Assembly (NCBI GenBank): GCA_964016885.1
Contig: OZ024742.1
Span: 105,090,001-105,154,000 of the forward strand
Direction: 5' to 3'
Source: Eledone cirrhosa
Taxonomy: Eukaryota
DNA length: 64,000 bases
Shown: positions 1 to 15,000 of the stretch, piece by piece
Layout of the letters: every line of letters begins with the position of its first letter
How positions within the stretch are numbered: the first letter of the stretch is position 1
Made by a program: the position numbers and the translations under genes
The notes under the pieces: model-generated
Told to the model about the DNA's origin: nothing
Databases searched by the model: none
Seen by the model: the letters and a program-made list of their open reading frames with translations, nothing else

Positions 1-3000
1 TGAGAAACTGTTATATGTGAGACTGTTATATGTCAGAAACTGTTATATCTGAGAAACTGTTATATGTGAGAAATGGTTATATGTGAGAAACTGTTATATG
101 TGAGACTGTAATATGTGAGACTGTCATATGTCAGAAACTGTTATATGTGAGAAACTGTTATATGTGAGAAACTGTTATATGTCAGAAACTGTTATATGTG
201 AGAAACTGTTATATGTCAGAAACTGTTATATGTGAGAAACTGTTATATGTCAGAAACTGTTATATGTGACACTGTAATATGTGAGACTGTCATATGTCAG
301 AAACTGTTATATGTCAGAAACTGTTATATGTGAGACTGTTATATGTCAGAAACTGTTATATGTCAGAAACTGTTATATGTCAGAAACTGTTATATATCAG
401 AAACTGTTATATGTCAGAAACTGTTATATGTCAGAAACTGTTATATGTGAGACTGTAATATGTGAGACTGTAATATTGCAGAAACTGTTATATGTCAGAA
501 ACTGTTATATGTCAGAAACTGTTATATGTGAGACTGTAATATGTGAGACTATTATATGTCAGAAACTGTTATATGTGAGAAACTGTTATATGTCAGAAAC
601 TGTTATATGTCAGAAACTGTTATATGTGAGAAACTGTTATATGTGAGAAACTGTTATATGTCAGAAACTGCTATATGTCAGAAACTGTTATATGTCAGAA
701 ACTGTTATATGTGAGAAACTGTTATATGTGAGACTATAATATGAGAGATTGTTATATGTCAGAAACTGTTATATGTCAGAAACGGTTATATCTCAGAAAC
801 TGTTATATGTGAGAAACTGTTATATGTGAGAAACTGTCATATGTCAGATACTGTTATATGTCAGAAACTGTTATATGTCAGAAACTGTTATATGTGAGAA
901 ACTGTTATATGTCAGAAACTGTTATATGTGAGACTGTAGTATGTGAGACTGTTATATGTCAGAAACTGTTATATGTCAGAAACTGTTATATGTCTGAAAC
1001 TGTTATATGTGAGAAACTGTTATATGTCAGAAACTGTTATATGTGAGAAACTGTTATATGTGAGAAACTGTTATATGTGCGACTGTAATATGTGAGACTG
1101 TCATATGTCAGAAACTGTTATATGTGAGAAACTGTTATATGTCAGAAACTGTTATATGTCAGAAACTGTTATATGTGAGAAACTGTTATATGTGAGAAAC
1201 TGTTATATGTCAGAAACTGTGATATGTGAGACTGTAGTATGTGAGACTGTTATATGTCAGAAACTGTTATATGTCAGAAACTGTTATATGTGAGACTGTA
1301 GTATGTGAGACTGTTATATGTCAGAAACTGTTATATGTGAGACTGTTGTATGTGAGACAGTTATATGTCAGAAATTGTTATTTGTGAGAAACTGTTATAT
1401 GTCAGAAACTGTTATTTGTGAGAAACTGTTATATGTCAGAAACTGTTATATGTCAGAAACTGTTATATGTGAGAAACTGTTATATGTGAGAAACTGTTAT
1501 ATGTGAGACTGTTATATGTCAGAAACTGTTATATCTGAGAAACTGTTATATGTCAGAAACTGTTATATGTGAGAAACTGTTATATGTGAGACTGTAATAT
1601 GTGAGACTGTCATATGTCAGAAACTGTTATATGTGAGAAACTGTTATATGTGAGAAACTGTTCTATGTCAGAAACTGTTATATGTCAGAAACTGTTATAT
1701 GTCAGAAACTGTTATATGTGAGAAACTGTTATATGTCAGAAACTGTTATATGTGACACTGTAATCTGTGAGACTGTCATATGTCAGAAACTGTTATATGT
1801 CAGAAACTGTTATATGTGAGACTGTTATATGTCAGAAACTGTTATATGTGAGAAACTGTTATATGTGAGAAACTGTTATATGTGAGAAACTGTTATATGT
1901 CAGAAACTGTTATATGTCAGAAACTGTTATATGTGAGAAACTGTTATATGTGTGACTGTAATATGAGAGACTTTCATATGTCAGAAACTGTTATATGTCA
2001 GAAACGGTTATATCTCAGAAACTGTTATATGTGACAAACTGTTATATGTGAGAAACTGTCATATGTCAGATACTGTTATATGTCTAAACTGTTATATGTC
2101 AGAAACTGTTATATGTGAGAAACTGTTATATGTCAGAAACTCATATATGTCAGAAACTGTTATATGTCTGAAACTGTTATATGTGAGAAACTGTTATATG
2201 TGAGAAACTGTTATATGTGAGAAACTGTTACATGTGAGAAACTGTTATATGTGAGAAACAGTTATATGTGAGAAACTGTTATATGTCAGAAACTGTTATA
2301 TGTCAGAAACTGTTCTGTGAGAAACTGTTATATGTCAGAAACTGTTATATGTCAGAAACTGTTATATGTGAGACTGTATATGTGAGACTGTCATATGTCA
2401 GAAACTGTTATATGTGAGAAACTGTTATATGTGAGAAACTGTTATATGTGACACTGTAATATGTGAGACTGTCATATGTCAGAAACTGTTATATGTCAGA
2501 AACTGTTATATGTGAGACTGTTATATGTCAGAAACTGTTATATGTCAGAAACTGTTATATGTCAGAAACTGTTATATGTCAGAAACTGTTATATGTGTGA
2601 TTGTAATATGTGCGACTGTCATATGTCAGAAACTGTTATATGTCAGAAACTGTTATATGTGAGACTGTAATATGTGAGACTATTATATGTCAGAAACTGT
2701 TATATGTGAGAAACTGTTATATGTCAGAAACTGTTATATGTCAGAAACTGTTATATGTGAGACTGTAGTATGTGAGACTGTTATATGTCAGAAACTGTTA
2801 TATGTCAGAAACTGTTATATGTGAGAAACTGTTATATGTCAGAAACTGTTATATGTGAGAAACTGTTATATGTGAGAAACTGTTATATGTCAGAAAATGT
2901 TATATGTGAGAAACTGTTATATGTCAGAAACTGTTATATGTGACACTGTAATATGTGAGACTGTCATATGTCAGAAACTGTTATATGTCAGAAACTGTTA

Positions 3001-6000
3001 TATGTGAGACTGTTATATGTCAGAAACTGTTATATGTCAGAAACTGTTATATGTCAGAAACTGTTATATGTCAGAAACTGTTATATGTCAGAAACTGTTA
3101 TATGTCAGAAACTGTTATATGTGAGACTGTAATATGTGAGACTGTAATATTGCAGAAACTGTTATATGTCAGAAACTGTTATATGTCAGAAACTGTTATA
3201 TGTGAGACTGTAATATGTGAGACTATTATATGTCAGAAACTGTTATATGTGAGAAACTGTTATATGTCAGAAACTGTTATATGTCAGAAACTGTTATATG
3301 TGAGAAACTGTTATATGTGAGAAACTGTTATATGTCAGAAACTGCTATATGTCAGAAACTGTTATATGTCAGAAACTGTTATATGTGAGAAACTGTTATA
3401 TGTGAGACTATAATATGAGAGATTGTTATATGTCAGAAACTGTTATATGTCAGAAACGGTTATATCTCAGAAACTGTTATATGTGAGAAACTGTTATATG
3501 TGAGAAACTGTCATATGTCAGATACTGTTATATGTCAGAAACTGTTATATGTCAGAAACTGTTATATGTGAGAAACTGTTATATGTCAGAAACTGTTATA
3601 TGTGAGAAACTGTTATATGTGAGAAACTGTTATATGTGCGACTGTAATATGTGAGACTGTCATATGTCAGAAACTGTTATATGTGAGAAACTGTTATATG
3701 TCAGAAACTGTTATATGTCAGAAACTGTTATATGTGAGAAACTGTTATATGTGAGAAACTGTTATATGTCAGAAACTGCTATATGTCAGAAACTGTTATA
3801 TGTCAGAAACTGTTATATGTGAGACTGTAATATGTGAGAATATTATATGTCAGAAACTGTTATATGTGAGAAACTGTTATATGTCAGAAACTGTTATATG
3901 TCAGAAACTGTTATATGTGAGAAACTGTTATATGTGAGAAACTGTTATATGTCAGAAACTGCTATATGTCAGAAACTGTTATATGTCAGAAACTGTTATA
4001 TGTGAGAAACTGTTATATGTCAGAAACTGTTATATGTCAGAAACTGTTATATGTGAGAAACTGTTATATGTGAGAAACTGTTATATGTCAGAAACTGTGA
4101 TATGTGAGACTATAATATGAGAGATTGTTATATGTCAGAAACTGTTATATGTCAGAAACGGTTATATCTCAGAAACTGTTATATGTGAGACTGTAGTATG
4201 TGAGACTGTTATATGTCAGAAACTGTTATATGTCAGAAACTGTTATATGTCTGAAACTGTTATATGTGAGAAACTGTTATATGTCAGAAACTGTTATATG
4301 TGAGAAACTGTTATATGTGAGAAACTGTTATATGTGCGACTGTAATATGTGAGACTGTCATATGTCAGAAACTGTTATATGTGAGAAACTGTTATATGTC
4401 AGAAACTGTTATATGTCAGAAACTGTTATATGTGAGAAACTGTTATATGTGAGAAACTGTTATATGTCAGAAACTGTGATATGTGAGACTATAATATGAG
4501 AGATTGTTATATGTCAGAAACTGTTATATGTCAGAAACGGTTATATCTCAGAAACTGTGATATGTGAGACTGTAGTATGTGAGACTGTTATATGTCAGAA
4601 ACTGTTATATGTCAGAAACTGTTATATGTGAGACTGTAGTATGTGAGACTGTTATATGTCAGAAACTGTTATATGTGAGACTGTTGTATGTGAGACAGTT
4701 ATATGTCAGAAATTGTTATTTGTGAGAAACTGTTATATGTCAGAAACTGTTATTTGTGAGAAACTGTTATATGTCAGAAACTGTTATATGTCAGAAACTG
4801 TTATATGTGAGAAACTGTTATATGTGAGAAACTGTTATATGTGAGACTGTTATATGTCAGAAACTGTTATATCTGAGAAACTGTTATATGTCAGAAACTG
4901 TTATATGTGAGAAACTGTTATATGTGAGACTGTAATATGTGAGACTGTCATATGTCAGAAACTGTTATATGTGAGAAACTGTTATATGTGAGAAACTGTT
5001 CTATGTCAGAAACTGTTATATGTCAGAAACTGTTATATGTCAGAAACTGTTATATGTGAGAAACTGTTATATGTCAGAAACTGTTATATGTGACACTGTA
5101 ATCTGTGAGACTGTCATATGTCAGAAACTGTTATATGTCAGAAACTGTTATATGTGAGACTGTTATATGTCAGAAACTGTTATATGTGAGAAACTGTTAT
5201 ATGTGAGAAACTGTTATATGTGAGAAACTGTTATATGTCAGAAACTGTTATATGTCAGAAACTGTTATATGTGAGAAACTGTTATATGTGTGACTGTAAT
5301 ATGAGAGACTTTCATATGTCAGAAACTGTTATATGTCAGAAACGGTTATATCTCAGAAACTGTTATATGTGACAAACTGTTATATGTGAGAAACTGTCAT
5401 ATGTCAGATACTGTTATATGTCTAAACTGTTATATGTCAGAAACTGTTATATGTGAGAAACTGTTATATGTCAGAAACTCATATATGTCAGAAACTGTTA
5501 TATGTCTGAAACTGTTATATGTGAGAAACTGTTATATGTGAGAAACTGTTATATGTGAGAAACTGTTACATGTGAGAAACTGTTATATGTGAGAAACAGT
5601 TATATGTGAGAAACTGTTATATGTCAGAAACTGTTATATGTCAGAAACTGTTCTGTGAGAAACTGTTATATGTCAGAAACTGTTATATGTCAGAAACTGT
5701 TATATGTGAGACTGTATATGTGAGACTGTCATATGTCAGAAACTGTTATATGTGAGAAACTGTTATATGTGAGAAACTGTTATATGTGACACTGTAATAT
5801 GTGAGACTGTCATATGTCAGAAACTGTTATATGTCAGAAACTGTTATATGTGAGACTGTTATATGTCAGAAACTGTTATATGTCAGAAACTGTTATATGT
5901 CAGAAACTGTTATATGTGTGATTGTAATATGTGCGACTGTCATATGTCAGAAACTGTTATATGTCAGAAACTGTTATATGTGAGACTGTAATATGTGAGA

Positions 6001-9000
6001 CTATTATATGTCAGAAACTGTTATATGTGAGAAACTGTTATATGTCAGAAACTGTTATATGTCAGAAACTGTTATATGTGAGACTGTAGTATGTGAGACT
6101 GTTATATGTCAGAAACTGTTATATGTCAGAAACTGTTATATGTGAGAAACTGTTATATGTCAGAAACTGTTATATGTGAGAAACTGTTATATGTGAGAAA
6201 CTGTTATATGTCAGAAAATGTTATATGTGAGAAACTGTTATATTTGCGACTGTAATATGTGAGACTGTCATATGTCAGAAACTGTTATATGTGAGAAACT
6301 GTTATATGTCAGAAACTGTTATATATGAGAAACTGTTATATATGAGAAACTGTTATATGTTAGAAACTGATATATGTCAGAAACTGTTATATGTGAGACT
6401 GTAGTATGTCAGACTGTTATATGTCAGACACTGTTATATGTCAGAAACTGTTATATGTCAGAAACTGTTATATGTGAGAAACTGTTATATGTCAGAAACT
6501 GTTATATGTGAGACTATAGTATGTGAGACTGTTATATGTCAGAACTGATATATGTGAGACTGTAGTATGTGAGACAGTTATATGTCAGAAACTGTTATAT
6601 GTGAGAAACTGTTATATGTCAGAAACTGTTATATGTGAGAAACTGTTATATGTGAGAAACTGTTATATGTGAGAAACTGTTATATGTGAGACTGTTATAT
6701 GTCAGAAACTGTTATATGTGAGAAACTGTTATATGTGAGAAACTGTTATATGTGAGACTGTAATATGTGAGATTGTCATATGTCAGAAACTGTTATATGT
6801 GAGAAACTGTTATATGTCAGAAACTGTTATATGTCAGAAACTGTTATATGTGAGAAACTGTTATATGTCAGAAACTGTTATATGTCAGAAACTGTTATGT
6901 GAGAAACTGTTATATGTCAGAAACTGTTATATGTCAGAAACTGTTATATGTGAGAAACTGTTATATGTCAGAAACTGTTATATGTGAGAAACTGTTATAT
7001 GTCAGAAACTGTTATATGTGAGACTGTAATATGTGAGACTGTCATATGTCAGAAACTGTTATATGTGAGAAACTGTTATATGTGAGACTGTAATATGTGA
7101 GACTGTCATATGTCAGAAACTGTTATATGTCAGAAACTGTTATATGTGAGAAACTGTTATATGTGAGAAACTGTTATATGTCAGAAACTGTTATATGTGA
7201 GACTGTTGTATGTGAGACTGTTATATGTCAGAAACTGTTATATGTCAGAAACTGTTATATGTGAGAAACTGTTATATGTCAGAAACTGTTATATGTGAGA
7301 ATGTAGTATGTGAGACTGTTATATGTCAGAAACTGTTATATGTCAGAAACGGTTATATCTCAGTAACTGTTGTATGTGAGAAACTGTTATATGTGAGAAA
7401 CTGTCATATGTCAGATACTGTTATATGTCAGAAACTGTTATATGTCAGAAACTGTTATATGTGAGAAACTGTTATATGTGAGACTGTAATATGAGAGATT
7501 GTTATATGTCAGAAACTGTTATATGTCAGAAACGGTTATATCTCAGAAACTGTTATATGTGAGAAACTGTTATATGTGAGAAACTGTCATATGTCAGATA
7601 CTGTTATATGTCAGAAACTGTTATATGTCAGAAACTGTTATATGTGAGAAACTGTTATATGTCAGAAACTGTTATATGTGAGACTGTAGTATGTGAGACT
7701 GTTATATGTCAGAAACTGTTATATGTCAGAAACTGTTATATGTCTGAAACTGTTATATGTGAGAAACTGTTATATGTCAGAAACTGTTATATGTGAGAAA
7801 CTGTTATATGTGAGAAACTGTTATATGTGCGACTGTAATATGTGAGACTGTCATATGTCAGAAACTGTTATATGTGAGAAACTGTTATATGTCAGAAACT
7901 GTTATATGCCAGAAACTGTTATATGTGAGAAACTGTTATATGTGAGAAACTGTTATATGTCAGAAACTGTGATATGTGAGACTGTAGTATGTGAGACTGT
8001 TATATGTCAGAAACTGTTATATGTGAGACTGTTGTATGTGAGACAGTTATATGTCAGAAATTGTTATTTGTGAGAAACTGTTATATGTCAGAAACTGTTA
8101 TTTGTGAGAAACTGTTATATGTCAGAAACTGTTATATGTCAGAAACTGTTATATGTGAGAAACTGTTATATGTGAGAAACTGTTATATGTGAGACTGTTA
8201 TATGTCAGAAACTGTTATATCTGAGAAACTGTTATATGTCAGAAACTGTTATATGTGAGAAACTGTTATATGTGAGACTGTAATATGTGAGACTGTCATA
8301 TGTCAGAAACTGTTATATGTGAGAAACTGTTATATGTGAGAAACTGTTATATGTCAGAAACTGTTATATGTGAGAAACTGTTATATGTCAGAAACTGTTA
8401 TATGTGAGAAACTGTTATATGTCAGAAACTGTTATATGTGACACTGTAATCTGTGAGACTGTCATATGTCAGAAACTGTTATATGTCAGAAACTGTTATA
8501 TGTGAGACTGTTATATGTCAGAAACTGTTATATGTGAGAAACTGTTATATGTGAGAAACTGTTATATGTGAGAAACTGTTATATGTCAGAAACTGTTATA
8601 TGTCAGAAACTGTTATATGTGAGAAACTGTTATATGTGAGAAACTGTTATATGTGTGACTGTAATATGAGAGACTGTCATATGTCAGAAACTGTTATATG
8701 TCAGAAACGGTTATATCTCAGAAACTGTTATATGTGACAAACTGTTATATGTGAGAAACTGTCATATGTCAGATACTGTTATATGTCTAAACTGTTATAT
8801 GTCAGAAACTGTTATATGTGAGAAACTGTTATATGTCAGAAACTCATATATGTCAGAAACTGTTATATGTCTGAAACTGTTATATGTGAGAAACTGTTAT
8901 ATGTGAGAAACTGTTATATGTGAGAAACTGTTACATGTGAGAAAATGTTATATGTGAGAAACAGTTATATGTGAGAAACTGTTATATGTCAGAAACTGTT

Positions 9001-12000
9001 ATATGTCAGAAACTGTTCTGTGAGAAACTGTTATATGTCAGAAACTGTTATATGTCAGAAACTGTTATATGTGAGACTGTATATGTGAGACTGTCATATG
9101 TCAGAAACTGTTATATGTGAGAAACTGTTATATGTGAGAAACTGTTATATGTGACACTGTAATATTTGAGACTGTCATATGTCAGAAACTGTTATATGTC
9201 AGAAACTGTTATATGTGAGACTGTTATATGTCAGAAACTGTTATATGTCAGAAACTGTTATATGTCAGAAACTGTTATATGTCAGAAACTGTTATATGTC
9301 AGAAACTGTTATATGTGAGACTGTAGTATGTGAGACTGTTATATGTCAGAAACTGTTATATGTCAGAAACTGTTATATGTGAGAAACTGTTATATGTCAG
9401 AAACTGTTATATGTGAGAAACTGTTATATGTGAGAAACTGTTATATGTCAGAAAATGTTATATGTGAGAAACTGTCATATTTGCGACTGTAATATGTGAG
9501 ACTGTCATATGTCAGAAACTGTTATAGGTGAGAAACTGTTATATGTCAGAAACTGTTATATATGAGAAACTGTTATATATGAGAAACTGTTATATGTTAG
9601 AAACTGATATATGTCAGAAACTGTTATATGTGAGACTGTAGTATGTCAGACTCTTATATGTCAGACACTGTTATATGTCAGAAACTGTTATATGTGAGAA
9701 ACTGTTATATGTCAGAAACTGTTATATGTGAGACTGTAGTATGTGAGACTGTTATATGTCAGAAACTGTTATATGTGAGACTGTTGTATGTGAGACAGTT
9801 ATATGTCAGAAACTGTTATTTGTGAGAAACTGTTATATGTTAGAAACTGTTATATGTCAGAAATTGTTATATGTGAGAAACTGTTATATGTGAGAAACTG
9901 TTATATGTGAGACTGTTATATGTCAGAAACTGTTATATGTGAGAAACTGTTATATGTCAGAAACTGTTATATGTGAGACTGTAATATGTGAGACTATTAT
10001 ATGTCAGAAACTGTTATATGTGAGAAACTGTTATATGTCAGAAACTGTTATATGTCAGAAACTGTTATATGTGAGACTGTAGTATGTGAGACTGTTATAT
10101 GTCAGAAACTGTTATATGTCAGAAACTGTTATATGTGAGAAACTGTTATATGTCAGAAACTGTTATATGTGAGAAACTGTTATATGTGAGAAACTGTTAT
10201 ATGTCAGAAAATGTTATATGTGAGAAACTGTCATATTTGCGACTGTAATATGTGAGACTGTCATATGTCAGAAACTGTTATAGGTGAGAAACTGTTATAT
10301 GTCAGAAACTGTTATATATGAGAAACTGTTATATATGAGAAACTGTTATATGTTAGAAACTGATATATGTCAGAAACTGTTATATGTGAGACTGTAGTAT
10401 GTCAGACTCTTATATGTCAGACACTGTTATATGTCAGAAACTGTTATATGTGAGAAACTGTTATATGTGAGAAACTGTTATATGTGAGAAACTGTTATAT
10501 GTGAGACTGTTATATGTCAGAAACTGTTATATGTGAGCAACTGTTATATGTCAGAAACTGTTATATGTGAGAAACTGTTATATGTGAGAAACTGTTATAT
10601 GTGAGACTGTAATATGTGAGATTGTCATATGTCAGAAACTGTTATATGTGAGAAACTGTTATATGTCAGAAACTGTTATATGTCAGAAACTGTTATATGT
10701 GAGAAACTGTTATATGTCAGAAACTGTTATATGTCAGAAACTGTTATGTGAGAAACTGTTATATGTCAGAAACTGTTATATGTCAGAAACTGTTATATGT
10801 GAGAAACTGTTATATGTCAGAAACTGTTATATGTGAGAAACTGTTATATGTCAGAAACTGTTATATGTGAGACTGTAATATGTGAGACTGTCATATGTCA
10901 GAAACTGTTATATGTGAGAAACTGTTATATGTGAGACTGTAATATGTGAGACTGTCATATGTCAGAAACTGTTATATGTCCGAAACTGTTATATGTGAGA
11001 AACTGTTATATGTGAGAAACTGTTATATGTCAGAAACAGTTATATGTGAGACTGTTGTATGTGAGACTGTTATATGTCAGAAACTGTTATATGTCAGAAA
11101 CTGTTATATGTGAGAAACTGTTATATGTCAGAAACTGTTATATGTGAGACTGTAGTATGTGAGACTGTTATATGTCAGAAACTGCTATATGTCAGAAACG
11201 GTTATATCTCAGTAACTGTTGTATGTGAGAAACTGTTATATGTGAGAAACTGTCATATGTCAGATACTGTTATATGTCAGAAACTGTTATATGTCAGAAA
11301 CTGTTATATGTGAGAAACTGTTATATGTTAGAAACTGTTATATGTCAGAAACTGTTATATGTGAGACTGTAGTATGTGAGACTGTTATATGTCAGAAACT
11401 GATATATGTCAGAAACTGTTATATGTGAGAAACTGTTATATGTCAGAAACTGTTATATGTGAGAAACTGTTATATGTGAGAAACTGTTATATGTGCGATT
11501 GTAATATGTGAGACTGCCATATGTCAGAAACTGTTATATGTGAGAAACTGTTATATGTGAGAATCTGTTATATGTGAGAAACTGTTATATGTGAGACTGT
11601 TATATGTCAGAAACTGTTATATGTGAGAAACTGTTATATGTCAGAAACTGTTATATGTGAGACTGTAGTATGTGAGACTGTTATATGTCAGAAACTGTTA
11701 TATGTCAGAAACTGTTATATGTGAGAAACTGTTATATGTGAGAAACTGTTATATGTGAGAAACTGTTATATGTGAGAAACTGTTATATGTGAGACTGTAA
11801 TATGTGAGACTGTCATATGTCAGAAACTGTTATATGTCAGAAACTGTTATATGTCAGAAACTGTTATATGTGAGAAACTGTTATATGTCAGAAACTGTTA
11901 TATGTGAGACTGTAGTATGTGAGACTGTTATATGTCAGAAACTGTTATATGTGAGACTGTTGTATGTGAGACAGTTATATGTCAGAAACTGTTATTTGTG

Positions 12001-15000
12001 AGAAACTGTTATATGTTAGAAACTGTTATATGTCAGAAACTGTTATATGTGAGAAACTGTTATATGTGAGAAACTGTTATATGTGAGACTGTTATATGTC
12101 AGAAACTGTTATATGTGAGAAACTGTTATATGTCAGAAACTGTTATATGTGAGAAACTGTTATATGTGAGAAACTGTTATATGTGAGACTGTAATATGTA
12201 AGACTGTCATATGTCAGAAACTGTTATATGTGAGAAACTGTTATATGTGAGAAACTGTTATATGTCAGAAACTGTTATATGTGAGAAACTGTTATATGTG
12301 AGAAACTGTTATATGTGAGAAACTGTTATATGTCAGAAAATGTTATATGTGAGACTGTAGTATGTGAGACAGTTATATGTCAGAAACTGTTATATGTCAG
12401 AAACTGTTATATGTCAGAAACTGTTATATGTGAGAAACTGTTATATGTGAGAAACTGTTATATGTGAGAAACTGTTATATGTGAGACTGTTATATGTCAG
12501 AAACTGTTATATGTGAGCAACTGTTATATGTCAGAAACTGTTATATGTGAGAAACTGTTATATGTGAGAAACTGTTATATGTGAGACTGTAATATGTGAG
12601 ATTGTCATATGTCAGAAACTGTTATATGTGAGAAACTGTTATATGTCAGAAACTGTTATATGTCAGAAACTGTTATATGTGAGAAACTGTTATATGTCAG
12701 AAACTGTTATATGTCAGAAACTGTTATGTGAGAAACTGTTATATGTCAGAAACTGTTATATGTCAGAAACTGTTATATGTGAGAAACTGTTATATGTCAG
12801 AAACTGTTATATGTGAGAAACTGTTATATGTCAGAAACTGTTATATGTGAGACTGTAATATGTGAGACTGTCATATGTCAGAAACTGTTATATGTGAGAA
12901 ACTGTTATATGTGAGACTGTAATATGTGAGACTGTCATATGTCAGAAACTGTTATATGTCAGAAACTGTTATATGTGAGAAACTGTTATATGTGAGAAAC
13001 TGTTATATGTCAGAAACTGTTATATGTGAGACTTAGTATGTGAGACTGTTATATGTCAGAAACTGTTATATGTCAGAAACTGTTATATGTGAGAAACTGT
13101 TATATGTCAGAAACTGTTATATGTGAGACTGTAGTATGTGAGACTGTTATATGTCAGAAACTGTTATATGTCAGAAACGGTTATATCTCAGAAACTGTTA
13201 TATGTGAGAAACTGTTATATGTGAGAAACTGTCATATGTCAGATACTGTTATATGTCAGAAACTGTTATATGTCAGAAACTGTTATATGTGAGAAACTGT
13301 TATATGTTAGAAACTGTTATATGTCAGAAACTGTTATATGTGAGACTGTAGTATGTGAGAGTGTTATATGTCAGAAACTGATATATGTCAGAAACTGTTA
13401 TATGTCTAAAACTGTTATATGTGAGAAACTGTTATATGTCAGAAACTCTTATATGTGAGAAACTGTTATATGTGAGAAACTGTTATATGTGCGACTGTAA
13501 TATGTGAGACTGCCATATGTCAGAAACTGTTATATGTGAGAAACTGTTATATGTCAGAAACTGTTATATGTCAGAAACTGTTATATGTGAGAATCTGTTA
13601 TATGTGAGAAACTGTTATATGTGAGACTGTTATATGTCAGAAACTGTTATATGTGAGAAACTGTTATATGTCAGAAACTGTTATATGTGAGACTGTAGTA
13701 TGTGAGACTGTTATATGTCAGAAACTGTTATATGTGAGACTGTTGTATGTGAGACAGTTATATGTCAGAAACTGTTATTTGTGAGAAACTGTTATATGTT
13801 AGAAACTGTTATATGTCAGAAATTGTTATATGTGAGAAACTGTTATATGTGAGAAACTGTTATATGTGAGACTGTTATATGTCAGAAACTGTTATATGTG
13901 AGAAACTGTTATATGTCAGAAACTGTTATATGTGAGAAACTGTTATATGTGAGAAACTGTTATATGTGAGACTGTAATATGTAAGACTGTCATATGTCAG
14001 AAACTGTTATATGTGAGAAACTGTTATATGTGAGAAACTGTTATATGTCAGAAACTGTTATATGTGAGAAACTGTTATATGTCAGAAACTGTTATATGTG
14101 AGATACTGTTATATGTCAGAAACTGTTATATTTCAGAAACGGTTATATGTGAGACTGTAATATGTGAGACTGTCATATGTCAGAAACTGTTATATGTGAG
14201 AAACTGTTATATGTGAGAAACTGTTATATGTGACACTGTAATATGTGAGACTGTCATATGTCAGAAACTGTTATATGTCAGAAACTGTTATATGTGAGAC
14301 TGTTATATGTCAGAAACTGTTATATGTCAGAAACTGTTATATGTCAGAAACTGTTATATGTCAGAAACTGTTATATGTGAGACTGTAATATGTGAGACTG
14401 TCATATGTCAGAAACTGTTATATGTCAGAAACTGTTATATGTCAGAAACTGTTATATGTGAGACTGTAATATGTGAGACTATTATATGTCAGAAACTGTT
14501 ATATGTGAGACTGTTATATGTCAGAAACTGTTATATGTCAGAAACTGTTATATGTCAGAAACTGTTATATGTGAGAAACTGTTATATGTCAGAAACTGTT
14601 ATATGTGAGAAACTGTTATATGTGAGAAACTGTTATATGTGCGACTGTAATATGTGAGACTGTCATATGTCAGAAACTGTTATATGTGAGAAACTGTTAT
14701 ATGTCAGAAACTGTTATATGTCAGAAACTGTTATATGTGAGAAACTGTTATATGTGAGAAACTGTTATATGTCAGAAACTGTTATATGTGAGACTGTAGT
14801 ATGTGAGACTGTTATATGTCAGAAACTGTTATATGTGAGACTGTTGTATGTGAGACAGTTATATGTCAGAAACTGTTATTTGTGAGAAACTGTTATATGT
14901 CAGAAACTGTTATTTGTGAGAAACTGTTATATGTCAGAAACTGTTATATGTCAGAAACTGTTATATGTGAGAAACTGTTATATGTGAGAAACTGTTATAT